Position numbers and translations under genes: made by a program | Part shown: positions 26,601-38,400 of the stretch, piece after piece | How positions within the stretch are numbered: position 1 is the stretch's first letter | Layout of the letters: the number at the start of each line of letters is the position of its first letter | From: Schmidtea nova | Taxonomy: Eukaryota | Length of the DNA: 63,856 nucleotides | NCBI GenBank assembly: GCA_044892505.1 | Contig: CM097882.1 | Location: forward strand, 167,586,001 to 167,649,856 | Reading direction: 5' to 3' | The notes under the pieces: model-generated | Told to the model about the DNA's origin: nothing | Database searches by the model: none | The model's input: the letters and a program-made list of their open reading frames with translations, nothing else

Positions 26601-29600
26601 ATTAGTGAAAACGTGTTTATGGTGGATAATTGAGATATGGAACGCACGCATTTGGGAAAACATAAGTAATTACAAAAGGTGAACTGATTAATATAAAACC
26701 ATATCATCAATTATTAAGTTTGGAAACAAAGATTAAAGAGGCAATACAGAATTTTTCGAAACGGGATTATATGTAAATGTAATTTTTCGTTGAACATGGC
26801 GTTAATATGCGTATGGAATAAAGAGAAAATGTAAATAAAATTATACTTGGATTTCAAACGACTGAACACGCTAACGGAGAGACAAATAATCTTAATGACA
26901 AATATTGACGAGATGTTGGATTTATAAAGAGGAGCCGTGTTTTTCAGCCCAATTTACCTAGGTTATGTATATTATTAAGTTAGATAAGACGAAGAATCGC
27001 AGGAGAAAACAGGAGAAAACAGCCTTACCAATAAACAACGGGCAATACTGTTTCAATAGAATGCTGTTTGAAATCGCAGCGGCACCAGGTACGTTCCAGA
27101 AAGGATGGCAAAAGTAATCAGTGACATAAATGGGGCTATGGTGTATTTGGACGACATCTTGATTTATTCAAGCAGTAACGAACTACATTATGCAATATTC
27201 GGGGAAGTGTTAAAGTGATCGAGGAAGGATGAATAAAGATTAACTCAGAAAAGTGTCAACAAATACAGAGAGAAATCAAATTCTGAGAACACATGATCAG
27301 CAAAGAAGGATTACAGACATATTCTTTTAAGATAGAGGCCATACAAAATTTGGGAAACCAAGTTGCGTAAATACATTCCGAAAGAGTTTAGGTATTAGCA
27401 ATTATTACAGAATATTCATGAGAGAGTATGCAAAGAAGACCAGACTGTTGGAACAATTATGCAGCAGCCCGAGTTATAAAATATTAGAATGGCTAGAAGA
27501 AACGAATAGGCGTTCGAGGGATTTCTGTAAAACATTCTTGATTTAAATTAAATTAAACACAAAAGCATTCTAGAAACATTTTAAATACTCTGAAACGGTA
27601 TAAATAAAGATGCTATTTTCAGTATTTTTACACTCTTTTGAGAATTTGAGAAATTTTCACGAAGAATCGAAGTTCTCTCTGTAAATTTTGAAAATACTTA
27701 TCTTCAAAGGAAGGAAGTTATAGAAGAAAATAAATGATTAATGCGGTCAATCGATTTTAGTTTTTTGTAGCGCTTATATCCTTTAATTATTTTGGCCGGG
27801 TACATCTCTTTACTGAAAACGATTTATCCAAGATTATTATTATATATAATAAAATTATACTTCACCACATCTTTATTTTTCAAACTTCATGAGTTCCCAA
27901 ATAATTTAAGCAGGTAAAAAGAGTTTAATCTTTATGAATTCTACAGTAATTATTATAAAAATAAGAGTTATTGAATGGATAGCAAACGTACTGTGAACAA
28001 TTGTTTGATCATTGAATATGAAATCTGCATTCGATTAAACAAATGCATTCTAATCAAATATATTTTCATAGTTTCTCGCATAAAAAACATAAGTACAAAT
28101 AAATAATAGAAAGCTAAAGCATTGTTGTGAAAGAAAGGGACCACACATCAAAATGAGCACAAATCTCCTATCGATAGCTCTTGAACCCATAGAAATTACT
28201 CGATTAATTATAGTTGAGGTAACAGCGCTCACTTTTGCGAATACTTTCGCCCAATAGTTTCAATTCCAACTTTGTATGCAACAGGTAACTATCGGTTAAA
28301 ACATCAATTATTTGATTACCATAGAATTAGATNNNNNNNNNNNNNNNNNNNNNNNNNNNNNNNNNNNNNNNNNNNNNNNNNNNNNNNNNNNNNNNNNNNN
28401 NNNNNNNNNNNNNNNNNNNNNNNNNNNNNNNNNNNNNNNNNNNNNNNNNNNNNNNNNNNNNNNNNNNNNNNNNNNNNNNNNGCGGGCCCGGTGCAAAGTT
28501 TATACAAGAAATAATAATTTATTGTAATTTGTTATTTATTACGTTAAGAATAATAAGGTAAACATTTAAATTAATAACAATTAAATTAACATTTCAAAGA
28601 AAATACTTATTTTTATTTATTTATGATTGTTTACATGGAAATACTTATATTAATATAATTAAATATGTTTTAAAGTATTATAAAGTTATTTATGATTATT
28701 TTTTTCAAAAAAAAGATTAAAATAATTTATTAATAACATTTTATTTAAAAATGGGAACGTTGCGGGCCTTGTGCGTTTGCACTGGGTTGCTTTATTTATA
28801 TAGTCAACCCTTCTAAAACCCGAATAATTCGTTCCGCGTTACAAAAAACTCAGAATTAATACAAATCAAATTTTTTATTGTATTGGTCTTTTATTTGTTT
28901 TAAAGAGCAAATGGAATTAATATTGCCCACAGACAATTTAATAGTAATTCAATACTTGCAATCATCATGACTGGAACTTCATTATTTTGTTTCAACTTTT
29001 ATTGAACAATAATGATACTTTTTTTGTTTGCCTTTGTCTCTCATCAGGTGTTAATCTAAGAATGCATCATATATAACCAAAAGTTTGAGTGTTGTTAAAA
29101 TGTTTCCTGAATTTTGAATAATGCTTTCTCTGACTTCGGGAAACTAAATATTCTTTCTTGATGTTCGCTATAGACATTATTTTGTTTTCACAGAAATGAT
29201 ATCATTTAAACAATTTATTTTTCAGTTACACCTTTTTATTTTCGACAGTGATTTACTGTTGAATTTTATTTTGAATATGGTTGAATTATTTTTAGCATTT
29301 TATACATCCTGAATTTTAATTAATTTAATTAATTAAGTTATAGTAAAAATAATTAAGTTAATTTAAACAAGTTTATAATTTATTTATCTTTATGTCTTTT
29401 CAGACTAAATAAATATTTAGTCTTTTATTGTTTGAAAATAAATAAAAATAAAGGAAATTGAAAATAAAAATAAATCTGTGATGAAAAATCTTTTAAATTT
29501 TCGATAAATTTGAGAAAGCGTAATTTATCTAGAATTTGTCAACCTTTATTAATAAAATACTTTTTGCAATGGTTGAAGGATAAATGTATTTATAAGTTTT

Positions 29601-30136
29601 CATATAATTTATTGTATCTTTAGTATCTATTTGAATTCTGTCATTATTCAAGAAGGCAACGTATTATATTGAGAAACAGAACAGAGAGGTTGAGTGAATT
29701 ATTAGACTGGAATAATTTATCATTCGTAAGTAAATTTTGTACTTTCAAAAAATAATTTTGTTAGTATTATAAAAAGGCAAGGTTACTGTCCATGGCAAGA
29801 CATCTTCCGCATTTATTTCAAGATAAGAATCTTGCCGTGGCAGTTACTGAAAAATCTAAATTAATATCAGATACTGATATTTTTTCAGAAGGCAGTTTTC
29901 ACTTGGATCGACCATATTCTGCTCCAAATTCGCCATCTGTTTCCGAAGTTACAGAACACGATTTTCAAGACCCACCAAATGAAGAGCAAATGAATTTTGA
30001 AGTGGACATAGTTGATGACAACAAAGAACGTGTTGAATTAGGATTAGCTCCAAGTCCCGAAAATCTTTTAGACACTAATGAACTTAGTTATTTGAAACAA
30101 TACACGCATACAAAAATGTCCCCATTGAATAAATAG
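6278..30136 (+). CDS. GYS1: Glycogen synthase, 3' part (7 exons; 5' exons lie upstream of the window)
   Basis: Exons 6278-6525, 6569-6689, 8733-9092, 19673-19799, 23885-24042, 29624-29725, 29765-30136 join in frame at GT-AG junctions. Motifs: [46 protein letters not shown] (catalytic E-x7-E), [18 protein letters not shown] (G6P arginine cluster), RPYSAPNSP. Confidence 0.97.
6569..6689 (+). CDS. GYS1: Glycogen synthase exon ([10 protein letters not shown]...RLNYRLK)
   Basis: Follows a 43-bp intron; AGRYEF motif. Confidence 0.95.
6852..7761 (-). mobile_element. Internally deleted mariner element
   Basis: Perfect 26-bp TIRs tttggcgtgtctgaaaagtaatgaga with flanking TA. C-terminal transposase remnant [18 protein letters not shown]...VIRVKGDYV. 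Confidence 0.9.
8149..8478. repeat. Foldback/MITE-like inverted repeat
   Basis: About 90-bp imperfect arms tgtcctatattcagaactgattcatag...aatccagat / atctggatt...gaataaaggaca. Confidence 0.8.
8733..9092 (+). CDS. GYS1: Glycogen synthase exon ([11 protein letters not shown]...DRVK)
   Basis: tttcag acceptor, gtaaaa donor, 120 codons. Confidence 0.95.
10200..12684 (-). mobile_element. piggyBac element (PGBD2/3-like) with decayed transposase
   Basis: 13-bp TIR ccctaaacggcac/gtgccgtttaggg and TTAA TSD on both sides. GRGSMD...[12 protein letters not shown]...YNKH...[11 protein letters not shown] in ORF 10705-11151, with frameshifts upstream. Confidence 0.9.
12740..12940 (+). mobile_element. pogo/Tigger DDE remnant
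   Basis: [13 protein letters not shown]...[13 protein letters not shown] resembles the DDE_1 GEKLKPLVIG...WMT motif. Confidence 0.6.
13912..16280 (-). mobile_element. Decayed mariner split by a piggyBac insertion
   Basis: Imperfect TIRs ttaggttatccgtaatgaaatgtccg / cggacatttcattccgaacacttaa. [16 protein letters not shown] and MLSVW...TINSERYC at 13990-14640; N-terminal remnants near 15850-16100. Confidence 0.75.
14740..15820 (-). mobile_element. piggyBac (PGBD4-like) transposase remnant; termini not resolved
   Basis: [46 protein letters not shown] and a cysteine-rich C-terminus. Confidence 0.85.
18821..19330 (-). mobile_element. mariner C-terminal remnant, partly in a gap
   Basis: [37 protein letters not shown]. 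Confidence 0.8.
19673..19799 (+). CDS. GYS1: Glycogen synthase exon (VIFHPEF...YYEPWGYTP)
   Basis: Catalytic motif; AG/GT boundaries, phase consistent. Confidence 0.95.
20594..20650. repeat. (AAT)n(ATT)n palindromic microsatellite
   Basis: Directly visible; abuts the foldback element. Confidence 0.9.
20644..20820. repeat. Short foldback palindrome, same family as 48780-49264
   Basis: About 85-bp near-perfect arms with a loop of about 9 nt. Confidence 0.92.
22023..22380 (-). mobile_element. Helitron PIF1 helicase C-terminal remnant and probable 3' end
   Basis: [33 protein letters not shown]...[11 protein letters not shown]...[10 protein letters not shown] matches the Helitron RepHel C-terminus; degenerate hairpin plus ttagt near 22023-22046. 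Confidence 0.85.
22491..23782 (-). mobile_element. Full-length mariner (1292 bp); transposase 22584-23624 with three in-frame stops
   Basis: 29-bp imperfect TIRs, TA flanks; [11 protein letters not shown] and [16 protein letters not shown] motifs, all in one frame. Confidence 0.95.
23885..24042 (+). CDS. GYS1: Glycogen synthase exon ([10 protein letters not shown]...QLTD)
   Basis: gtaagc donor; conserved [13 protein letters not shown]. Confidence 0.95.
24324..24640 (-). mobile_element. 3' end of a pogo/Tigger element
   Basis: TA|cagtcgaacccgcttaagacgaa TIR; the +1 frame at the end of the chimeric ORF reads [12 protein letters not shown], a Tigger-like C-terminal motif. Confidence 0.75.
24578..25375 (-). 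pseudogene. Intronless chimeric ORF: claudin-like (Kune-kune/PMP22 family) N-terminal half fused to a ZSWIM4/5/6-like internal fragment
   Basis: aa 1-100: TM1, AFVSPYW, RL(G)LWVTCF, YKGCW, RD(W)LNPPW..VQ and TM2. aa 104-160: [11 protein letters not shown]...[28 protein letters not shown] resembles ZSWIM6 HWQDSHLQHII...[29 protein letters not shown] (recalled). Confidence 0.75.
25920..27530 (+). mobile_element. Highly decayed Gypsy gag-pol remnant
   Basis: Zn-knuckle remnants [10 protein letters not shown] and CKRCNRNGH; RT remnants APGTFQK and [11 protein letters not shown]; many frameshifts. Confidence 0.8.
29624..29725 (+). CDS. GYS1: Glycogen synthase exon ([13 protein letters not shown]...LSF)
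   Basis: Arginine cluster; gtaagt donor. Confidence 0.95.
29765..30136 (+). CDS. GYS1: Glycogen synthase last coding exon
   Basis: Follows a 39-bp intron; YYKKAR...RPYSAPNSP...TAG stop. Confidence 0.93.
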   Translation, partial: YYKKARLLSMARHLPHLFQDKNLAVAVTEKSKLISDTDIFSEGSFHLDRPYSAPNSPSVSEVTEHDFQDPPNEEQMNFEVDIVDDNKERVELGLAPSPENLLDTNELSYLKQYTHTKMSPLNK

Positions 30137-32333
30137 TTCTAAGTTAAATAATAATAAGGGTGTGATAAAGAAAAGTTTTATGCTTTATGATAAATTCTCT
30201 AAAGTTTTTATGTCAAAAATATTACAATAAAATGTGTAGTAATCTCCAGTTTTAAACTTAAAGATAAAAAGTAAATTAAGGAATACTGAAATTTATTTGA
30301 TAAATTATAAAAATAAAGCAGCGTAATAAATAAACGATAGTGAATTATCAAAATAATTATATTAGCATCTTTAATCTCCTTCACTTTTGATCTTGTCATT
30401 TCTCTTATTCTCATTTTATTCAGAATACAGGTCAAAATTTTGACCCTCAGACAAAAGGGCATAAACAAAAACGTCTAGTAGGAGTTATTACACCCATTTA
30501 ATATTTATTCAGTATAACAATATTTTTGGATATTAAACGAAAAACCGATCCAAGAATAACTATGAATTTTCACTTTGTTTCTGATTCCATGGGTGCAAAC
30601 TATTCAAATAAAACTGAAAATTATCTATTAGTCTTTTCCCTATCAAGATTTACAAGATTGGATAAATTAAATTTCAACTTCATCACAAACTGATGGACGA
30701 CGAATTATTTTCGGTTCTTGTCACAATCTAAGGAGTAGAGCAGCAAAATAAAAGTGGATCATTGGACTAGTTACTCAAAGAAACTCTGGTATAATAAGCT
30801 GCTTCACTCTTTTACACTTGAATACTTCTTAAAATACGACTTTGCTCAATATTAAAATTGCAAGGATTTTGCACTCAATTTCTGTTTCCAACATTTTCTC
30901 AAAGTATTTCTTTTTCTTAAAATATTTTTAGGTTCGACGTATTTTTTAATAGTATTATTTCTTATTGCAAAGTCTAACACCTCTGATATAGCAACAATAA
31001 CTTTGGATATATCGATTTCTCAAATTCCGTCACACGCGCCTCCCCTGAATAAAAACCACATGTTTTTGAGAAATAACACTTTTCAGATTTCGAATTAATA
31101 CGTACTCTTACACTCTTTAATTAGTGATTGCCTTTCTCTTTAGTTTTTATATTTTTATTGATTTTCTTTTATTTGCCCATCTTCTTCCAATTTCTTTGAA
31201 ATTTTACTTTCCTGTTATTAAACTTATTCAGTTTGTTTTCCATTTGTTTGTGGTTAAAGCACATACTATTATCGAGTATACACTCAGCAGTTACATTACA
31301 ACTATTGCTTTCGTTGGGTAACTACTGGTTACACAATAGTTACGATGTTATTAAAGCAATTATCGCCTATATGAACCAACATGTGTATCAGAAAGCAATT
31401 AGGATAAATCGCTAATGTTTATGAGTTGTATTGAAAAAAGTATCGGGAGAGTAAATAAAGATCATGAATTAGAAAAGAACAGAGAAATAGGAAATTAACC
31501 TATAAGTCACGATTGAACCCAAGCGCATTATTTAGTGTTATAGCTTTAGAAACAGCGTTCAATTTTTGCGAATATTCATCCATTTGTTACGGTACCAACA
31601 TCGGTATAACAATAATTAAGACCCACTAGAAATCCAATACTACTAACATAATTACCAGGAAAGAGTTATGGTACACGAAATAGAACAGTTGGATATCATG
31701 AAGGTGTCTAAGTTACAGTAACTATAAACATTTAACAATATATATAACAGCATTGCCAACATTTGCGTTAACTAACCCGCCAATATTTATTTATCAACCT
31801 ATCACTTACATTTTAATTTTAGAATTATTTTCGTACTCGGTATTATTATCGATTTGTTAAAACAAACCTTATAAATTTATGAGAGTGACCAAAAGTTAAT
31901 AAAACCACTCAAATAAATTTAAAATGCAGTCGACCTTCTAAATTAATTAGTAAAGATTAACTTAAATATTTTAATTATATATTTTTATAACGAAACAGAA
32001 AAGTTTTCGAAATAATATCTTGTAACTTCATTATATTTAATTTAAAATTTAGTAATAAATTTTATCTGAACTAAATTTAGATGTTTAATAAATTGTTAAT
32101 TAAGTAAATTTCATAAAATAACACAGTGTTTAAACACATCAACGTTAATCATATAACTGCAATAATTTTAACTTTGTGCAAAATATATTAATTTTAGATG
32201 TAACTTAAAATCTATTCTGAATACATTTAAAACATAAACTGCTTAAACTGAAATCAATTCATATCTATTTACAATTGTTTTTCATCATTCATTCTAATAT
32301 ATATATTTGTATTATTTTATTCTATAATTTTAG

Positions 32334-32459
32334 ATGGAATTAGCACAAAATTTGATATTGAATGAAAGTGCATTGTTAAAGCTTTCAAATGACAAACGTC
32401 CAGTTTTCATTTATGAATGGTTAAGATTTCTCGATAAAGTTTTACATGTTGCAAATAAA
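32334..32459 (+). CDS. HEATR5B: HEATR5B coding exon 1
   Basis: ATG directly after a tttag acceptor; WLRFLDK motif. Confidence 0.93.
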
Positions 32460-35400
32460 GTAAAATTAACTTTATAAAACAACAACAAATTTCTTAAGTT
32501 GTTCTATAGATTGACATAAAAGAGAAACAAGAACATATATTAAAAATATTACTAAATCAACTTGAAAAATCACCGGGACCAAGTACAAGAACATTGATAG
32601 CACGAAACCTTGGAACGCTATTCAATGTTGGTGAAACCTATTCATTGCATTTGGCAATAAATACGTGCAATGACTATGTCAAATCTAAAGATGACAGCCC
32701 TAGTTACTTGCCAACACGGTTGGCTGCAATAGCTGCTTTAGGGGAAATCTATCACAAGCTTGGCCGAATGGTTGGTCGATCATATGAAGAAACAGTTTCT
32801 GTATTGATTAAATCACTTAAACAGGTTGGTCACATTATTTTTGTTTTTAAATAATTTTCAGTGAAATTTACATTTAGAGAAAGAGGTCTTTTAACTATTT
32901 TTGTTCTATTTGTACGATGAGTTATTTAAATTTTTATTATTGTACATTACGATGGTTCAAAGGTAAAAGTCACTAACTACATTTTCGACGAAAATGATAT
33001 TATTACATGCATGACTTTATAATTTATTAACCTCTAGTCGTGTAAAATTATTTTTCTATTTTTCCTTCATTATAGTGAGATTTTAGATATGAAAAACTCA
33101 CTGAATAAAACTCACTAATTTCTTAAAATTCAACAATTAAAAGTCATTTTAACATTTGGTGAGTTTTTGCAGAAATAATGTAGTTAGCGACTTTTACCTT
33201 TGAACCATCGATTAGTCGAAATCTTATGAGATATTTTTAAGTTTATTTACTATAAAATATTAAATTGTTTCAATTGTGATTGGTTTAGTTGAGTTTTATC
33301 TTTACATAATATTTTTATTGATAATTTTAATCATTTAATTTAGGTGTAATTAAGTTATTTTTAAGTTGATTTTTTAATAGACTTAATAATGATGATAAAT
33401 ATTATTATTATTAGTAATATTATTATTATTATTATTATTATTATAATAATAATTATTATTATTATTAGTAATATTATTATTATTAGNNNNNNNNNNNNNN
33501 NNNNNNNNNNNNNNNNNNNNNNNNNNNNNNNNNNNNNNNNNNNNNNNNNNNNNNNNNNNNNNNNNNNNNNNNNNNNNNNNNNNNNNNNNNNNNNNNNNNN
33601 NNNNNNNNNNNNNNNNNNNNNNNNNNNNNNNNNNNNNNNNNNNNNNNNNNNNNNNNNNNNNNNNNAACNNNNNNNNNNNNNNNNNNNNNNNNNNNNNNNN
33701 NNNNNNNNNNNNNNNNNNNNNNNNNNNNNNNNNNNNNNNNNNNNNNNNNNNNNNNNNNNNNNNNNNNNNNNNNNNNNNNNNNNNNNNNNNNNNNNNNNNN
33801 NNNNNNNNNNNNNNNNNNNNNNNNNNNNNNNNNNNNNNNNNNNNNNNNNNNNNNNNNNNNNNNNNNNNNNNNNNNNNNNNNNNNNNNNNNNNNNNNNNNN
33901 NNNNNNNNNNNNNNNNNNNNNNNNNNNNNNNNNNNNNNNNNNNNNNNNNNNNNNTTAGTAATATTATTTTTCTTAGNNNNNNNNNNNNNNNNNNNNNNNN
34001 NNNNNNNNNNNNNNNNNNNNNNNNNNNNNNNNNNNNNNNNNNNNNNNNNNNNNNNNNNNNNNNNNNNNNNNNNNNNNNNNNNNNNNNNNNNNNNNNNNNN
34101 NNNNNNNNNNNNNNNNNNNNNNNNNNNNNNNNNNNNNNNNNNNNNNNNNNNNNNNNNNNNNNNNNNNNNNNNNNNNNNTTGCATAGTTTATTAAAATATA
34201 ATAATAAATTTTAAGCGTTAATACTTTTTTCTCAATGTTGATTTGAAGAAAAATATTTTGATCTTAAAAAATATCCTGATAACTCCAATGTGAAATTCTT
34301 TCTAAATGATTTCTACTTCCTTCTGAATATTTTCATTCTCCCGAGTTCTGATTTAATATAAATTGTATAAACTAATTATGACTCTTATTTACATAAATTA
34401 GCGAATTAGAAGGAATTCCCTATAGGAGTAGCGTTCTAAACACTTTCATATGGACTGTTTTGTCCGTTATTAATATTGTCATTAGGAGTTGAACATGAAT
34501 TTGAACAATAAAAGAAAAATTGATTTTAATTGCATCAGAGAATTATTTCTTTTAAATTATATTTAAACACACGTGACTGGTTATAACTAGTATAATAATA
34601 AATATATATTATTATACTATTGTTTTCATGAAAAATGCTGTGATTTGGATTTTAAATACGGTATCAAACATGAGTATCATATATTGTTTGTTGTCCATAT
34701 AATTATTTATTATTTATTTGAAAAATTTGTCGTGCCCAACCCAGTTTTCTTTATATAAGTGTCGGGACAACTGGGGTGAATGTTTTGCAAAGTTTTGTTT
34801 TATTGTTTGTTTGTGTTTGCATGCCTCTTTGTAATACAACACAAATATATAAATAATAATAATATTAATAAAACAACAATATTTCATCAAATTTCATAGC
34901 AATGTAAAAATTAACCGTTAAAAAGTAACTTTTTCTAATATAACTTCTGTTAAATTTTATACGCTCTAGATCCTTTTAATTTTATTATTTATTATTTATT
35001 TATTATTTCCTTTTTATTTTATATCCTTTTTATTTTTTGCTATTATTATTTATTTGTTTAATTTATTGGTATTCTAATGGAATTGTTTTGATATTTTTTG
35101 TGGGTAATAATGAAAATATTTGAAATTGAAAACTTATCAAAGTTCACCAAAATTAAAAATATTGATGATAATATTTATAAATTTTAACATTTTCTCACAA
35201 ATATTAAGAAATGTATTTATTAATTAAAACCAATTAAATTTGTTTTGTTTATCTTGATTTTTTCGGACTGTAGATCAATATGCTTATTTCTCTTTGGCAT
35301 ATATGGATTGCCGAATAAGCAGTGAGACTCGTATATAAATAAATAAATGAACATAAATATATTTCGTATTTACAATAAGCAAGTAACATAGGGCTTCTCA

Positions 35401-38400
35401 AAATAATTTCCATTTACATCGACACATTTTCCTATGGTGTAACGAGGTTTCGAAAGGCAATTTTAAAGAAATTTCGAGACTTTTCGCCAATAAAATGTGT
35501 CATTGCATCTTCCAAATCGTCTTTTGTGCGAATTGCTGGTATCGCTGGGATTTTTGAGTTAATTAAACAAGTAAAAGTTTAATGGCGCCAAATCTGGACT
35601 TAAGGGAAAATGGGGAAGCACCCTGTACACAATTCTCAATTATGCCCATTGAAACTGCACTTGTGTGAATGGGAGCGTTATCGTGTAAGTAATAGACCCC
35701 ACACACCATGTTTTAGCTTTGGAGCTTCCTTGTTTCTTGTACAAGTTTGGAGTAGTAGGATATGTTAATTAGAACTCCACTTTCTGCAAAATCAGACAGA
35801 ATAAGGACACTAGACTCCCAAAACACAGTCAACATGAGTGCTTTTCGGTGACTTATCCATGACATCATCTTCTTAGAACAGACCTTACCAGACTATTTTC
35901 ACCATTCAGATTGCCGTTTAGACCGTGGAACATATAGTGAAAGTTGTGTCTCATCCATTGTCATAATATTATCAAAAAAACTCTTTCCAACTTCGTCCAA
36001 AATTTGAAGGATCTTATTATGTTTTACCTAGTTGTAATGATGATAATTTATTTAGTTGTATATTGATGTTAGTAATGAGTATGTTTGTTGTGGAAGAAAT
36101 TGCAGAGCCCAACAGCGTCTCCGGTAAAATGTGTCGGGACAGTTGGGGTGAGTGCTATATACAGTTGTGTGAATGCGTGGGTGTGTATGTAATTGTGATG
36201 TATGCTCGTATATATATATATATATATATATATAACAAACAACAAAATTTAACTATAAACTTTATTTAATTCCAAAGAAAAAACACTACTCACGAAATGG
36301 GCTTATTTAATTTTCGACTGTCTCTTTGATTTTTCTTATCTTCTATCAATATTCTCGATGGAAAAGAAAATAGATATTTGTGGTTCTGGCTTTGTTGATG
36401 TTTTTTTCTAGCTTCTATTCCTTTAGATTTATTTCTTTAGTAAGAAAATTCTTATTCTTGGTTTTCTTTTTAGCTTGTTTCCGACTTTCTATTGTTTCTA
36501 TAGTTAATTTATTCGTCTTTTGTATTTGGAATTTGTATTTTCTAATCGATTATCAATTATTTAAATAATGTATGATAATTCATATTATTTTGATTTTTAA
36601 AATTTTTATTCTCATTTTAAATCTTATTATCCTCGAGGCATGACAAAAACAAAACATAGGGGGGTTATCCGGCGCCCGCAAGAACGATCACCATAATAAT
36701 TACCGCGGCAATAACAAACATAATAATGCTACAACAATAATAATAAAAAATATATATACAGCATTAACAGTTCTCTTCGCAACTCTGCAAAGATCGATTT
36801 TACATTTCAGCATTTAAAAAAAAGTGTTACGAAGTGAGACCCTAATTTTCTTATGCCACTTTCTCTGAGTAATGTATTAATAGTGCCTTTACTCACATTC
36901 AGGCGCATTGTTAGCTGTCTGGTAGTAATTTTCCTCTCGGACTGAAAGATTTTTCTCAGATCTTACTTTACATTTTCTTTGATTTCACTAGGCTGTCCTG
37001 GCTTTTCCTCATCATAAACTGAGGTTCTATCACTCTGGAAGTAATTGTATCAATAGTAAATTGTTACTTTTGATGGGCACTTACCAACATAAAAAGCACT
37101 CTGTTCTGTATTGACTTCTCTACTCTTGCTTTTCATAAAGAGAAATCGAATAACTTATGTATGACTTATGAATGACTTATCGAATGTACTTATTTACATT
37201 GCACCCTTTTTCTGGACATTTTAAAATAAGTGCTAATATTTCTTAATTAATGTTTAACTGATTAAAACAAATGCCAGTATATTTACCTAAATACACGACT
37301 GAATATATATTTACAGTTTGGTTTATTTCATTCATTCTCATTACATATATAGGCTGAATGAATGAAGATAAATGAAATCGTAAATAACAGATCAAAGGTG
37401 AAGAAAATAAAAGATTTTAACGATTATTAGATCTAGAAAAAGTCCAAAATAATTTTCAGATATAAATAGCATTTAATGATGAAAATAAATCATAAAATAC
37501 ACTTGGAATATTTTGCGAATACGAAGTGGTATTTCTTTTAATAATTTTACATGGTAAATAATTATTCAATCGTATCTATAAAACAACACATTTCTTTGAT
37601 ATATATTTTTTTTTACATTTTCACTTTTATATTTAACACGAAATTGAAGTTATATTTAGTTGATTGACATGTGGTATATTTTGGTAGATGGTTGTCAACA
37701 CCTGCATTATATAGCGCATTGGGAATTTTGTTTATTTTTTTCAAATTATTATTAATGGAAAATTTTTACCTTCGTATTAGTTTTCATTTACCGCTAATAA
37801 TAAGTTACCAATGAAATTGGTGTTAAAATTCTTATAATTTTATTATAAAATTATAATTTTTAATTTAAAGTATATTTTCTTTATTCTACAACATGAGCTC
37901 CCAAACTATGATAAAAGTTTGAATAATATTTTTTTACCACGTATAATATTAAATTATTTTTTATGTGATGTAAATCTTACAAAGTTCGAGAATCACTGTT
38001 CTACAGCGATGTTTTCTGACAAATTTTAGGTGCAAATAGACTGTTTATTATAGATAATTAATTTTAAAAAATCCCACAACGGTATCTATGAATAATTTTA
38101 TTAGATAAATTTGATATCAATTATATTTTTAATACAATTATGTCCTCTTCTGGTTACATTGGACCCTTTCTGTCAATTTTCAATAAGGATTTTTTATTAC
38201 TATATTACATACGCTTAAAATAAATGTTCTTTTCCTATGTTTTTTATTTTTCAAAGTTAGATTTTCATATAAATATATAATTTTTTATCAATTAAGTTGA
38301 ATTAACTTTAAAATATTTTATTGAAAAACTGAAAAAGAACTGTCACTGAATTAAATTTGGTATCTTTAGACATGTTATTATGTAAATAGTGTTGCTCATA

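Noticed and set aside
28050-28232. Hydrophobic ORF with an overlapping DVWSL kinase-like motif
   Set aside because: No other supporting motifs and many stops; not distinguishable from chance.
35905-35925. gccgtttagaccgtgg resembling the SL 5' end
   Set aside because: It lies inside mariner coding sequence, has weaker identity and no terminal ATG; chance similarity.
34735-36154. Repeated motif gtgtcgggaca(a/g)(c/t)tggggtga at 34759 and 36131
   Set aside because: Probably termini of an unclassified repeat; too short to define an element.
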